From Cyanophora paradoxa CCMP329 (taxonomy: Eukaryota > Plantae > Glaucophyta): a stretch of DNA of 64,000 nucleotides. The notes beneath the pieces are model-generated. The model did not search any database and was not told where the DNA came from. It was given only the letters and a program-made list of their open reading frames with translations. The DNA lies in contig QPMI01000535.1 in NCBI GenBank assembly GCA_004431415.1, forward strand, positions 310,001-374,000, in the 5' to 3' direction. Within the stretch, counting starts at the first letter, position 1. Each line of letters opens with the position of its first letter. Shown here piece by piece: positions 32,671-44,592 of this stretch. A program made the position numbers and the translations under genes.

Positions 32671-35600
32671 TCACGCGAGGGAAAAGGAAACGCTGCGGGG
32701 TACGCCCCTCTGCTGCGCCGCGGCCCCCATCCGAGCCAGCGAGGGGGGCCGGGAGTTGGGGGGGGAGGGGACCGCGGGGGCGGGGCCGGGGACGATGGGG
32801 GCCGAGGCGCGGCGGGAGGGGAGGGGCCCCGGGGCGGGCGGGAGGGCCCCCAGGCTGTCGGAGCTGCTCGCCCCGCTTCCGCTGCCGCCCCGCGAGCGCG
32901 CGGAGAGCGACCCGGGCGTGCGCGCCCGGGCCCCTCCCCGCCGCCGCTGCTGCGCGCCGACAGGGCCCCCGGGTGCGCGCCTCGGGCGGGGCGGCGGCGG
33001 GGGCGGGGGCGCCTCGCCTCGGGAGGCTCCGGCGCCCTTCCCCGGGCGCGGGCCACGGCGCGCCTCACGTCCTCGAAGAAGCCCCGCACCGCCTCCGCGA
33101 CCTGAGCGCGCGAAAATGTGAGGCAGGAATTCGAATCACAGAAGCTAAGAAGACGTCCTACGCGCCTCCTCGGGCCTCATGCCGCCCTCGCCCGCAGCGT
33201 CGGCCGCGGGGCCGGGCCGGGGCCGGGACCGGCGACGGCGTCGACGAGGGAGGGCAGGGTCGTCCACACGAGCCGCGAGCCCGAGGCCGGCGCCCCCGGC
33301 CCCGCCCCGGCCCCGGCCCCGGGCAGGGGCGGGAGAGCGCTCTCCGACGCCGGCCGCGCCACCTGCGCGCGCGCCCGACGGTCAACGTTCGCCAGGCTGT
33401 TCCCGATCGATGGAAGCGCAGGGAAGGCCGGAGGCGCGACTAGCTGTAGCACGACGAAGCCTGCTGCTCGCGCTATTGCGATAAATTAAATTACGAGTGC
33501 ATTCCGACGTTAACGCACCTGGGTGACGGTGCCGTCGGGGGCGACCGCCTCGTCGAGGAACGATCGCCTGAACGCCTGCGCCATGCTCCGCCCCGCCCCT
33601 TCGCCCAGCGCCCCCGGGGCCCCCAAGGGCCGGCCGCCCCGCCCCCGGCGCCGGCGCCGGCCGCCTCGTCGCGCTCGGCGTAGTAGCGCGCCACCGCGAG
33701 CCGCACCATCGCCTGCCGGCGGCCGGGGGGTCAGGAAGAAGCTGGGAGGATGCGGGGCAGGGTAGCTGCAGGCAGGGCGTGGCAGGGCAGGAGGCGGGGT
33801 AGCTGCAGGGCGGAGGGAAGCAGGGCGGAGCGGGGGGAGGGCGGGGGCGGGGGCGGGGGCGGGGGCGGGGCAGGTGGCCGGCTATCACGGCGGGTCGGGA
33901 AGAAGCGAGGAGTATGCCGTGCGGGGCGGGGCGGGCGGGGCAGGGCGCGCCTCCTCGAACTCGGCGGGGTTGAGCTCCTCCATCGCGTCCGCCCCGAAGT
34001 CGTCCGCCTCCGTCACGTCTGGCCCGGCGGCGCCGCTTTCTCTCAGAGACCCGAGGCAGGAAAAGGGGGGAAGGGGGGGGGAGGCGCTTTCTCAGAGGCC
34101 AGAGGCGAGGCGAGGTGGGGGGCGCGGGAGGGGGCCGGGGCGGGCGGGGCGGGGCGGGCCCGCACCGTCGTCGATGGTGGGGTCCGCCTGCGCAGTCGCG
34201 AACGCCTGCCGCCGCCGGCCCCGCCTGAGAGGGCGGCCCCCCTCGCCTCGCCCCCTCTAGACGGAGGTTTGCGCATGCACCAGCGGCCCCCAGGGCGGCG
34301 GCGGCGCGCACGCGCTGCACCTCGATGCCGCCGCTTTATGGTTCAGAACGCTAAGAGTCCTAGGAACGGTCCCCGCGCGACGCACGTGCTGGACGTCGAC
34401 GTCGGTGAGGGTCCGATTGTTGAGCAGGTTCAGGTCCTGCGGGGGCCCCGCCCCGCTCAGGTCACGGAGCGCCTTCGCGAGGACGGGAGGCGCGAGGTGG
34501 CGGGAGGGAGGCGGGGGCGGGAGGCGAGGCGGCGGCGGCGGCCGCGGGGCGGCGGGGCGGACCTGGAACATGGTGAGGAACTCGCGCACGCTGACCTGCC
34601 GCCCGCCCCCGCGCGCGTCAGCGCCGGGGCCCGCTCGCCGCGGACGTTCCCTCTTCATGAAATATCGGGAGCCCCTCTAGGACCGTCTCTGCGCAGCAGG
34701 CGGGCCCGGGCCGAGGCGGGCACCGAGGAGTTCTTGTGGGAGCCGTGCAGGCGCGCCGCGTACCCGTCCAGCCCGCAGTACTGCCCGAACGAGGCGAGGG
34801 TGAGGCCCCGGGCGGGAGGGGAGGGGCGCAGGGGGCGGGGCGACCTTCTCGAAGAGGGCGCGGACGAGGGGCCGCTCCCCCCCGATCGCCTCCTACGGCA
34901 GAGAGGGCCCGGATCCGTCACTTGGGCGCTCCCTCCATCTCAGGCGGGAGCCCGAGGGGGCGGGGGCGGGCCTGGACGAGGGGCCGCTTCACGAGGCGCC
35001 GGAACTCCTGCACGTCGTCCCTGCCCCCGAGCCCATCGGGCCGGGCCGCGGAGCGCGGCCTCGGGCGAGGAGCTCGCTCTGGCGGGGGGCACCAGCGGGC
35101 GTGGGGCAGAACGTCGCGCTCCATGAGCAGCGCCAGACGCTCCCCAAGCGAGGACCCCTCCACCGCCTGCCTCGAAGGGGGCCGATCGGACGGGGCGGGG
35201 CGGGGCGGGCGGGCGGGAGGCGGGGCGGGGGCGCGCGTATTTGATGTCCGCGAGGCGGCAGACCGCCTGCATGAACTGCGCCAGGCCCTGTACACGCAGC
35301 CCCGCGAGTGAGCCGGGGTACGGGGCGGGCAGGCCGGTGGAGGGGGCCGGGGGCGGGGCGCGGGCTCACGAGGGTGAGCTTGTTCGCCGTCTCGAGCATC
35401 GCCATTGTCTGCCGGCCCGGCGCCGCGCGGCGCGTGATCATGAGGGGCGCGCGGGGGGCCCAGGCGGCGCCCTCGCCGCGAAGTAGCGCTAGCAGCGCAC
35501 CGCGTTCTCGTCCTCGGCCTTGGCCAGGCTCCCCTGTGAACCGTTGAACAGCCCCGCCCCGGTCAGCGCCGGGCGGGGCGGGGCGGGGCGGCACGGAAAA

Positions 35601-38131
35601 GCTGGAAATCAGAAGAGGGGCGCGGCGGACCTTGTTTGCCATGAGGAAGATGAGGTTGGCGCGGGGGCGGGTGAGGGCCAGCGGGCCGGGCGGGCCCTTG
35701 GTCCGCGGCGCGATCAGGCGGCAGTCCTGCGTGGCGAGCCCCTCGCGGATATCAGAGCCGTGCTGAGCTCGAGGGCGGGCGGCGCCGGGCGGCGCGCGCG
35801 CCTGGACAAAGGCGTCGAACTCTGCGCGGGCGCGGGCGCGGGTGCGAGCGCGGGTGAGCGTTCGAAGACTGCCGGGCGGGGCGGGGCCGGGCCGGGGCAC
35901 GGGGCGGCCCGGCGGGGCGGGGGCGGGGCGCACCGCGCTTGGACATGGAGTGCAGATCCTCCGCGTCCAGCTGAAGGGAGGCGGGGGGAGGGGAGGGAGG
36001 GGGTGTCGGGGGAGGGGCAAGCGCGGGCAGGCGGGTGGGGCGGGGGAAGGCGCGGAGGGCATGGGGGCGAGGGGGCGGCACCCTTTTGGAGCCCGGACGG
36101 CGATGCTCTTGACCTGAGACGAGCGGGGGTCGGTCAAAATTTAGGAGGAGGGGGGGGGGGGGGGGGGAGGAGGAGGAGGGGGGAAGGGTGGGGGGAAAAG
36201 GGGCGCGGGGCGGGACGCTTGGTGCCGGGCCGGGGACCCTTGGAGACGGGCGACGGAGATGGGCCGCGGGGCGGGACGCCTGGCTCTAGCGGGGCCCTTG
36301 GACGGGCGGCGGGCCTAGGGCGGGCGGGCGGGCGGGCGGGGCGGAGCGGGGCGGGCGGGCGCGCCTGGCCGCTGTCGAGCTTGGCGTAGAAGCGGTAGAT
36401 CGTCCGCAGCGGGATGTAGTAGCTGGGAGGGGGGGGGGGGGGGGGGCAGTAAAGGGGGGGGGGGGTGTCGCGAGTCAGAAACAGACGGGCGGCGGACGAA
36501 GTGCGTCTGAGGAGATCACTAGATGGCATCGTTAAGGGGGGGGGGGAACAGAGGGGGTGGGGCAGAGGGGGGGGTAGAGTCTCTCTCCCACGACAGTCCC
36601 TCTGGATTTACGCACTCGCGGTGCAGAGTCGGCTTCAGCTGCGCGGCGAGTCAGTGCATGTACCCCCAAGGCGGCTTCGGCAACCCGGTAGCCCCCGCGC
36701 ACCTCCGCGAGCTCCTCCTCGGGGCTCATCGGTACCCAGCTCTCCAGGTTCAGGCCTGGGGGTGCGATAAGAAAGGGGTACACGGAGTTTCTGGGGGTTG
36801 AGGGGTAGAGGGGCGTGCCGACGGGCTTCTGGGGCTTGAACGCGCGTCCCTTCAGGACCTCCTCTGCAAGCGAAAGGGGGTACGGGATCAGCGACGGATT
36901 TTCAAGGCGTAGGACGCAGGACGCGCACCCATCTTCGCGAGGCGCCACTGCTCTCCGAAATCGTCGACGATCTGCCGGGCGAAGGGGGGGGAGGGGGGGT
37001 AGTGAGAGGGAGGTGAAAGGCTCAGGGGGTACGGGGAAGGGGGCACCTTGCGGGCGACCTTTTGCGGCGGGGACGGCTCCTTGCGGCTCCTCCGGGGGTC
37101 GACGGGGGGCGGGTCGGGCCCGAGCGCGAGGTCGGCCCCAGAGCGCTGCCAGCCTGCGCGCGCGCCGGCGGATCGCGGAACCCGGGAGGAATGAGGGGGA
37201 GAAGGGCCCGGGGGAGGGTCGAACCGGGGTCCCAGAACCTGATCGATCGCGGGGGGCGTCAGCTTAGGGGCGGGGGCGGGGGCGGGGGCGGGGGCGGGGC
37301 GGACGGGCGGTCGCGGCGGATGTGGTCGAGGGCCTCGCGGAAGGTAAGGGCCGCGCGGGCGTCGTCCGAGTTGTGCGCGAGGCTCAGCAGCACCCGCCCC
37401 GCACCCTCCTTCCATCGCTGCCGGGGCGGAGTCAAGGGAGGACGGAAGTGGGGTGGAAGGCGGGACGGAGAGGAGGGGGGCCTCGCACGCGGGAGGCGAG
37501 AGAGGCGGCGCCGCTCCTGAGGTGGGCGCGCGCCGGCGCCCGCGGAGTCCCCCCCGGCGTTGTCGCGATCTGAGGCGCGGGGCGGCCCATCGCCAGCGGC
37601 CGGCCAAATCAGCGAAGTTTGAGATGGAGGGAGGGTCTAGATCTGGCGCGGCTACAGGTCGGGCGGGGCGGGGCACCTCTTCGGATCGGCGGCGCGCGGT
37701 GCGGAGCTCCTCGAGCGAGTCGTACAGGGCGCGCCGCGAGGAGGACTTGGAGAGGGGCCGGCCCCCGCGCCCCTCCTCCTCCTCCTCCTCCTCCTCTTCG
37801 CGACCCTCCGCCCCGCCTTCGTCTGCTCGCGCGCTCAACCGAATGCGTGCGGGAGCGGTGCGGCGCGGCGCGGCGCAACGGCTGGGGCACCTGCGCTGTC
37901 GTGGGGCGGCGTCTGCGGCGGCTCTGTGAGGCGGAAGGTCCCCCGGCCTGGCGTCGTCGCGCTCGACGCCGGCGCCGGCGCCAGGTTCAGGGGCGTAGGC
38001 GCCGCCGCGGCTCCGGGGAGCGGCAGCCTCGGCACGGCCGCCCGCTCCCGACCGGCGCCCGCTCCGGCGCTGCGGGGGCCGGGCGCGGCCCCGCGCGCCT
38101 CGTCCTCGTCGCGCATCTTCGCAGCGCCCAT
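32671..38131 (-). CDS. Host multi-exon gene (many microexons), degenerate EF-hand / p25-alpha-like helical protein; ends approximate
   Basis: Short exons between C-rich GT-AG introns: YYIPLRTIYRFYAKLDSGQ, ANLIFLMANK, LAQFMQAVCRLADIKY, VSVREFLTMFQ, DLNLLNNRTLTDVDVQH, MEELNPAEFEE|AMVRLAVARYY. Confidence 0.6.
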
Positions 38132-38781
38132 GCGCGGCCGCTACGGTACGTGCATCCTTCGGAACGTTTAACGCGTGCGTTCGGAATTCGGCACGCCGCG
38201 GCCGCGGAGCGGCGCGCGCGGCTGTCTGCCTTTACGCTACGTCGACGTCTGCACTGTCTCGTCAGGTCTTCACGAAGTCGTCTTCACGGCATCGGGTCGG
38301 CGCGAGCTGTCAGCACTGTCGTTTCGAGGCACCCGCGGCCGCCGGGCCGCAGGCGTCGCTCCGCCTCCGAGCTCTGCTGCTGCTGCTGCGCTCAGATATC
38401 GATTTACTGTTGCGCTGTTGCTGGGAGAGGCGCCGGCCGGATGATCATCGGCCGATCGGATTCCGACTCCTGGTAACTGCCGCTAAAGCCCGGGTACCAT
38501 AGCTCGCGATCGAAAAAAAGCCTCGAAGGGGCCTCGGAAGGCTCGGATCCGGCCGGACTCCGGAGTCGGAGCTCTCCGAATCAAATAAACAGTCCTGCCC
38601 CAGGGGCAGTGCAACCTCTGGTCTGAAGCGTGCTATAGCCTATAGTGAGTCAGGTCCTCGGTTGAACGGGTAACATTTCAAAAAGTTTACTTGGGTAACA
38701 TTTACTTATCGAATAATTATAAACAGGTATTAATTAAACAGTCACGGTACTGGGTACGTAGTGACAAGAACTAGTTAGTAC

Positions 38782-39010
38782 TTCGAATTCGAACACAAAA
38801 CGGGATCCCCTAGAGTACTACGTAGCTACGGCACTACAAGTACTCAGTCGCATCGAATTCGAACACAAAACGGGATCCCCTGCAGTACTACAAGGACTTA
38901 GTCGCTTCGAATTCGAACACAAAACGGGATCCCCTACAGTACTAGTACTACAAGTACTTATAATTACTCGCTTCGAATTCGAACACAAAACGTTTAATTT
39001 AACGGGATCC
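38782..39010. repeat. Minisatellite with 29-bp core TCGAATTCGAACACAAAACGGGATCCCCT x4
   Basis: Cores separated by related AGTACTAC-rich linkers of variable length. Confidence 0.85.
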
Positions 39011-39318
39011 CAGGCCCGGTCTAGAATCTAGATCCAGATCTAGATCTAGCTATGCCACTATATTACCGCCACCGGTACCCCGCCAATTACCCGGTTAGAA
39101 AGCGCTCGTTAGACGACTAGCAGGGCTGACTGGCACGGGGGGCGGAGAAATGAAACGGGTACCGGTACACACGTAATAATATAATTAGCTTAGTAACTTG
39201 ATTATATTAAGATATATACAATTTATAATAAACATGACATATAATATAAATAGGTTTATCATTATATAATAAGAATATTATTAAGTATATATATAATACA
39301 GCAATTATATCATATTAA

Positions 39319-41079
39319 CAAGACACCCGCTCACGCGGGGAAGGCCCCCCCCCCTTCCCCGCACCCCTTCCCACCCATCCAGATTCCTTCGAGTTATGCA
39401 GATCGAAGGGGAAGAACATTGATTTAAATCAGTACACGAGCTCAATAAAAGATCAAGGTAGATCCAAGTAGATGTAGATCTAGATCTTGTTTCGCAATAT
39501 AGCTAGCGCTAGTGCTACTGAGAGCTTCGAATATCAGAAGAGCATGCATAAATATTCTTGAGACCTGGAACCGTGCAGGCTCATCCAAAATGAGAGAGGC
39601 GTGTGTAGGATCGATTTTCCTGGAGAGGCAAGTGTAGGATCGATTTTTCGGTTCAGACTGGATTTCGATGGGGTTTCGCGCGCTTATAGCGAGCTTAACA
39701 TCAAATAAACATCAAACGAACACAGTCAGTTGATGCCCGTGTGCCTGGAGGGGAGGGCGTGCGGAAACATTGATGGGCGTGCCCAGGATCGAATTCGACT
39801 GCGAAATCAGTACACGAGCTCACTGAGTCAATCAAAGACCAAGGTAGATCTAAGCTTAAGTAGATCTAGATCTGTTTCGATTTTCGTGAGCCTAGTGCTA
39901 GTGAGAGCTGCTGAGGTCGGGCGTCTTCGGATTTAAACCATGCATCGCTAGATAAACATCACAAGAGCATGTACAGATATTCCTGAGAGCTGGAGCAGTG
40001 CAGGCGCATCGAGAACCAGAAAGGCATGTGCAGGATCGATTTTCCGGTTCAGACTGGATGTCGGAGGCTTATCCCGCGCGTATAGCATGCTAAATTTCAG
40101 ATAAGCATCCAACGAACACAGCGACTTGATGCCCGTGCGCGTGGAGGCGCGGGTGTGCGAAAAGGTTCAAAAGGTTCAAGGGCGTGCCGAGGACCGAATT
40201 CGACTGCAGCCCGGGTTCCCGGGGCCCGGCGCGTGCCTGGAGCATGCGAAACGCTTACTTTATATCCAACATGCATACCGTATCGATGCGCGCGCGCGCC
40301 GCAGCGTGGGCGCGCGGAAAGGTCGATGGGAGAATGCATAATCGCATTTTTCAGCAGTTTACTTTCTCGAGCTGTGCCGGCGTTCGAAGGCGGATTTCTG
40401 GCCTGCGCAGGCTTTGTTTAGTCAATGCGCATCTGTGTGCATTGCTCTCGGGTGTTGGCAGACAGGAATCGGCTGGCCCATGCCTGTGGATCAAATTTTC
40501 GAGTGACTCGGATCGATTCCGAAATTTCGGGGTGACTGCGAGCTTGAATTCAACCTTTCCACCGGCATGTTAGCGATATTTAGCATGCGCTGCGTCGCTC
40601 GCAGTGCTCGCTTCGGCGCCGTGTTGCGTCGTGGGGCGGCTGGAAAATTTTCCAGGGTCCCACCTTCGCTGCAAGTCGTGGGTTGACGCGGTTCAAATAC
40701 CCGCCTGAGAACTTCCGATTTCGGTTGCGGTTTTAGCCTAGCGGTTAGGATTCTCGGTTCCGGGTCTGAAGTTCCGGGTTCGAATTCGACCGGGAGGATT
40801 CCCTCCTGAGGGCACGCACAGGGCACGGACAGGGCACCGATTGGACACGGATAGAATCGAAGGTGGATTTCGAGGGCTTAACCCGTGCGACAGTGGTCGA
40901 AGATATAACATATGATATACTAGAGGGGAAGTTAATGGCACGGACGAATCACCGAGCGGGCACCGATAGGGCACGGTGCTGGGACGGTGGGGGCGGAAGT
41001 TGAGGGGAGCAGTCGTAGTGGAGTGCCGCCTGGAGTAATTCGTGCGGCGACCTGGGAAAAAATTATGGGGGGGGCCCAA
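39319..41079 (-). mobile_element. Second, diverged Helitron2/Helentron-like non-autonomous element
   Basis: Minus strand ends CCCGC-GTGA-GCGGG hairpin + TGTCTTG. GGCCCCCCCC (39343) and GGGGGGGGCC (41067) form an inverted pair. Internal similarity to the reverse complement of the 22.3-30.4 kb units (GCGTGGGCGCGCGGAAAG, GGATCAAATTTTCG). Confidence 0.55.
40727..40796 (+). pseudogene. tRNA-derived (Glu-like) sequence with Pol III A and B boxes
   Basis: TAGCCTAGCGGTTAGGATTC...CCGGGTTCGAATTC; acceptor and anticodon stems do not pair properly. Confidence 0.4.
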
Positions 41080-41142
41080 TTAATTGTAGCAAAAGTAACG
41101 TACCCCCAGAGAATCTTTTACAATCATTTACACTATACCTAA

Positions 41143-41383
41143 CACAGCTCGTTTTTTTTCCTAATCGACCCAACACGGCCCGGATATGGGCAAGGGTAGC
41201 CGGCGATCGCGATAACTTTTCACCCGCCGCAGAACGGCTAGTCTCCTCGCAACCGCTTGTAGCCGGCAAGCTACCGGGTAGATTGCACTAGCTAAAGCCG
41301 GGGAATTCCAAAAACCCGAGGGGAATTTAACGAAACCGGATATTTGGCCGTGTCGGGTCGACCGGTAAAAAAAACGAGCTGTG
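41143..41383. mobile_element. MITE, ~38-bp imperfect TIRs, TAA target duplication
   Basis: TAA|CACAGCTCGTTTTTTTT...AAAAAAAACGAGCTGTG|TAA. Confidence 0.8.
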
Positions 41384-42367
41384 TAATAGCCAAACCTAGC
41401 TCGAGAGTAACCTCGATGTGACGGACATCTAAGCAGTGAACAGTAGAACCTCTGGTCTCTTCTTCGCTTCGCTCAGAATTGAGACCAGAGGTTGATTTGC
41501 GCCGGGCGCCGCGCTGCGGCCCTGCGGCGCCTGCGCCGGCCCTGCGCCGGCATATGCATGCGCATGCGCACTGCGCAGTGCGCCGCCGTCACCGACGTCG
41601 ACGCCGCAGCGACGATCCGGAGTTTTCACACTGCAACGTTAACAGACATTGCCGGCGGAATTTATCGCCCAGCTGCAGGAGTTTTACATATGCATCGCGA
41701 TATCGCTCGCAGCTCAGCAGCAGCAGCTTTACAGCCTGGCTAAAGGAAATTAACGTCGCACAGGAGTGTGCGAAATTAAACGCCCTACGGCGTATCAGCA
41801 TGCGCACAAGCGGAGTAACACGCTCGCGCTATATATATACGCGCGGAGGAAGAAACGCAGTCTGATCATAAGTATTCATAATTATCACAGCGCCAACAGC
41901 CCGGCGCGCGATCAAACTGTGACCGCGCTGCTGGCCTTGCATGCGCACGGGCGCTTACGCTTCAGGGCAATTATTATTGCAAGTTCAGGCGCCCCCGAGC
42001 CTAGCTGTAGGCCGTACGTGTAACCAGATCTGCAGCTGCCAGAGCTGCAAGAGACGCCGATCGTGAATGTCAATTAAAAAATACGCATATAACCAGACAG
42101 CCGAGCTCGCGATCGAGGGGGCCACATGTACATAATCGTGATCATCATGGCATGAACAGCTCCAGCTGAGAGCGCTATATAGCTATTCATGCATGATCAT
42201 GATTTTATATTTGCAGCATTCATGAATCTGGTTTCAAGTTTCTAGCTTGAAACCGCTAATTTCACACGTTCCGCTAATTTCATGATCACACGTTCCGCTA
42301 AAGACAGCCCACAGCTCAGCCGCTGCACATGTATATGCGTGGAACTCGATTAGGCGAGGCTGTAGGC

Positions 42368-43086
42368 CTAGGCGAGGGCGAGGTCGGCCGCGTCGGCCTC
42401 GAGCTCGGCCACGGCCGCCTCGAGCTCCGCCAGCTCCGCGTCGACGTCGGCGTCGGCGCCGGCGCCGGCGGCGAGGTCGAGCTCCGCCTCGTCGACCTCG
42501 GCCGTGGCGGCGTCCAGCGCGCTCTCGGCGTCCTGCATCTGCGCCGCGGCCGCCTTGAACTCCTCGAAGTCCAGCTGCCCGTCGCCGTTGGAGTCGGCTG
42601 CCATGATCTTGCTGTTGATCTGCGGACCGGACCGGAGGACCCATGACCATCAAAATTGGCCTAGATCTGGCGCGGGCAGCCGCGCGCGGGCCCGAGGCGC
42701 ACCTCCTGGTCGTCCAGCCGCACTTCCATGTACTTGATGCTCTCCGAGAACTCAGCCGCTGAAACGAACTGGTTCTGGGTGCGCGCATTCGCCGATCAGC
42801 TTACAGAGGAGGGATCCGGAACCCAGATATAAATCTAGAGGCTCCGGGGATCCCGGACTCCGGGATCCGGCCATGGTCAGCTGCAGCCTGCAGCGAGCTC
42901 GAGCCGCCGGCGCCGCCACCGCCCCGCGCGCGCTTGATTTAAAATTATTATTAATATTATAAGCTTGTCCAGGCTAGTTGTCAAGCTGAGCACCTGGTCC
43001 CTGTCCCACGCTTTGAACGTGGTCAACAGCTCGTCGTCTTCGCCGGACGCCGCGTTAACGTTCTTGCGCGCCATACCCGCGAGGTA
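42368..43086 (-). CDS. Host calmodulin-like EF-hand protein, 3' three exons (43086-42994, 42774-42703, 42619-42368)
   Basis: Splices via GT-AG to YLAGMARKNVNAASGEDDELLTTFKAWDRDQ|NQFVSAAEFSESIKYMEVRLDDQE|INSKIMAADSNGDGQLDFEEFK..., i.e. the calmodulin linker plus EF3/EF4 with an acidic Ala-rich tail. Confidence 0.85.
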
Positions 43087-43324
43087 CTGCGCTCGGGACG
43101 GATGTTGTAAAGGGGAGGACCCCCCCCCAAACCAGACCGCCCCCCAAAGTCTGGTTTTACCATCAGGGGTCCACCCCTATAAGCGTGATCATTGAGCGAA
43201 ATTAGTGAGCTAGAGTAGACGTGTTGATTAGGCGTTAGTTTAGGGAGATATCGGAACTGAGTTTAGGAGGGCGTGTGTGGGTGTACTTGGGGCCCCGGTT
43301 GCTTGCGCGCGGTCTGCTGCGGCC

Positions 43325-43693
43325 TCAATCATCTTCTTCCACGATGATCAATGTTTTTTCTGTAGAAGTTCTCCTATGCCTTGGTGAATCGTGTCTTTGG
43401 GCATTCCTGAAATTGAACGGGAGCAGAGCCAAATTTTGCATTGGAGTTCTAGGGATCGCATGCCCATGGGTCCCAGGCCATGAGCTTCGTCTATCAGTAG
43501 GAACTAGCCAGGTCACAGGGGAGTCTGTTCGAGATTGTTCACAGGGCGACACTGACCGAGAAGTGTTCGGAGTTCCATCAGTGCCGTCGGTTTCTGAGAT
43601 ATTTAGATCAATAGTTGTTTCGCAGCAGCTGCTCTTGAGATTGCTTGTGATGTGAAGGTGAAACATGTCAAGACATCTCCTTATCAAATCCAT
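43325..43693 (-). CDS. Small conserved Cys/His protein (homolog of 10262..10609)
   Basis: Shared MFHLHxTS...SCCxTT...IS and an SRSVSP tail. Confidence 0.75.
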   Translation of the reverse strand: MDLIRRCLDMFHLHITSNLKSSCCETTIDLNISETDGTDGTPNTSRSVSPCEQSRTDSPVTWLVPTDRRSSWPGTHGHAIPRTPMQNLALLPFNFRNAQRHDSPRHRRTSTEKTLIIVEEDD

Positions 43694-43729
43694 TCATAGT
43701 ACTTGTTGCACATAAAAGAATGAAGATCT

Positions 43730-44563
43730 CTAAGGATTAGGATCGGCCCCGCCGATTGGGAAATAACGATTCGAATTGAAGGTCTCACCGTACTTAACAC
43801 CATTTGCGATTGCATCTGTTCTTTCGGCAAATAGAATAACTTTGTAGGCGCCCATAAGCGTAGCCCTCACAATAAACTGGTAATCTTCAACCCCCACTGG
43901 AGTAGAATGGAAAGCGACACCAAAATTGTCAATAGGATTAATTAAAACAGCTATGTTTGGCCGGAGAGCATCGTTTCTCCTACAAAGGAAGTAGATATCC
44001 GGGGGAATATCAACAACACTCTTGAAATGATTTCCGAGTGGCTGAACGTTATCTACGATCGATGTTTGCTCATTTATGTTTAGCGTGAAGACTTTGATAA
44101 TATAAGGCAAATTCATACCAGGAACATACGTTCTGATTCTTTCATTAGTGTTTTCAGGGTTAGGTTGATCATTTACAAATATAGGGGCGCAAGCAGCTCC
44201 ACCCACTCTCAGGCCATCTCCAATATAAGCACCTCCGGACCTGCAGGTAACAGCCCCTGTTCTTGATTCGTAGGTAAACGTGTTAACCTTGTTAGCGTCG
44301 TCATAGCTATCAGGATCCCCATAATGTGCATTAAAGTTTGCGTTTGTTACGACAAGATTTGTTGTTTTGACCACTCCATTATTTTTGTCACATCTAACCT
44401 CTCCTAAACGTAATATGTGATTCTCCCGAAAAGTGTTAAGAGTTGGCTGCTGCTCTGTAGACTCTAGGCCAGGCACGTCGTCGGAAATCGCATGCTGCAG
44501 GACGTGATTTACTGGGGCCGCAAGAGTTAAAGTTGGAACTACTATTCTTTCAACAGCTTCCAT
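43730..44563 (-). CDS. Putative fibre-accessory structural protein
   Basis: Paralog of 44593..45440; C-terminal YKVILFAERTD resembles fibre tip domains. Confidence 0.65.
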   Translation of the reverse strand: MEAVERIVVPTLTLAAPVNHVLQHAISDDVPGLESTEQQPTLNTFRENHILRLGEVRCDKNNGVVKTTNLVVTNANFNAHYGDPDSYDDANKVNTFTYESRTGAVTCRSGGAYIGDGLRVGGAACAPIFVNDQPNPENTNERIRTYVPGMNLPYIIKVFTLNINEQTSIVDNVQPLGNHFKSVVDIPPDIYFLCRRNDALRPNIAVLINPIDNFGVAFHSTPVGVEDYQFIVRATLMGAYKVILFAERTDAIANGVKYGETFNSNRYFPIGGADPNP

Positions 44564-44592
44564 TTTAGAAAACAGGAGATAAAACTTTCCAC

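Noticed and set aside
32372-38476. Long Gly/Arg/Pro-rich ORFs in the ORF track
   Set aside because: Read-through of GC-rich introns; the real gene is the spliced minus-strand one.
38639-38651. CCTATAGTGAGTC, partial reverse T7 promoter
   Set aside because: Only 13 bp match and no vector sequence nearby.
38782-39010. CRISPR-like repeat-spacer pattern
   Set aside because: Spacers are related to each other and vary widely in length; no cas genes; eukaryotic context. It is a minisatellite.
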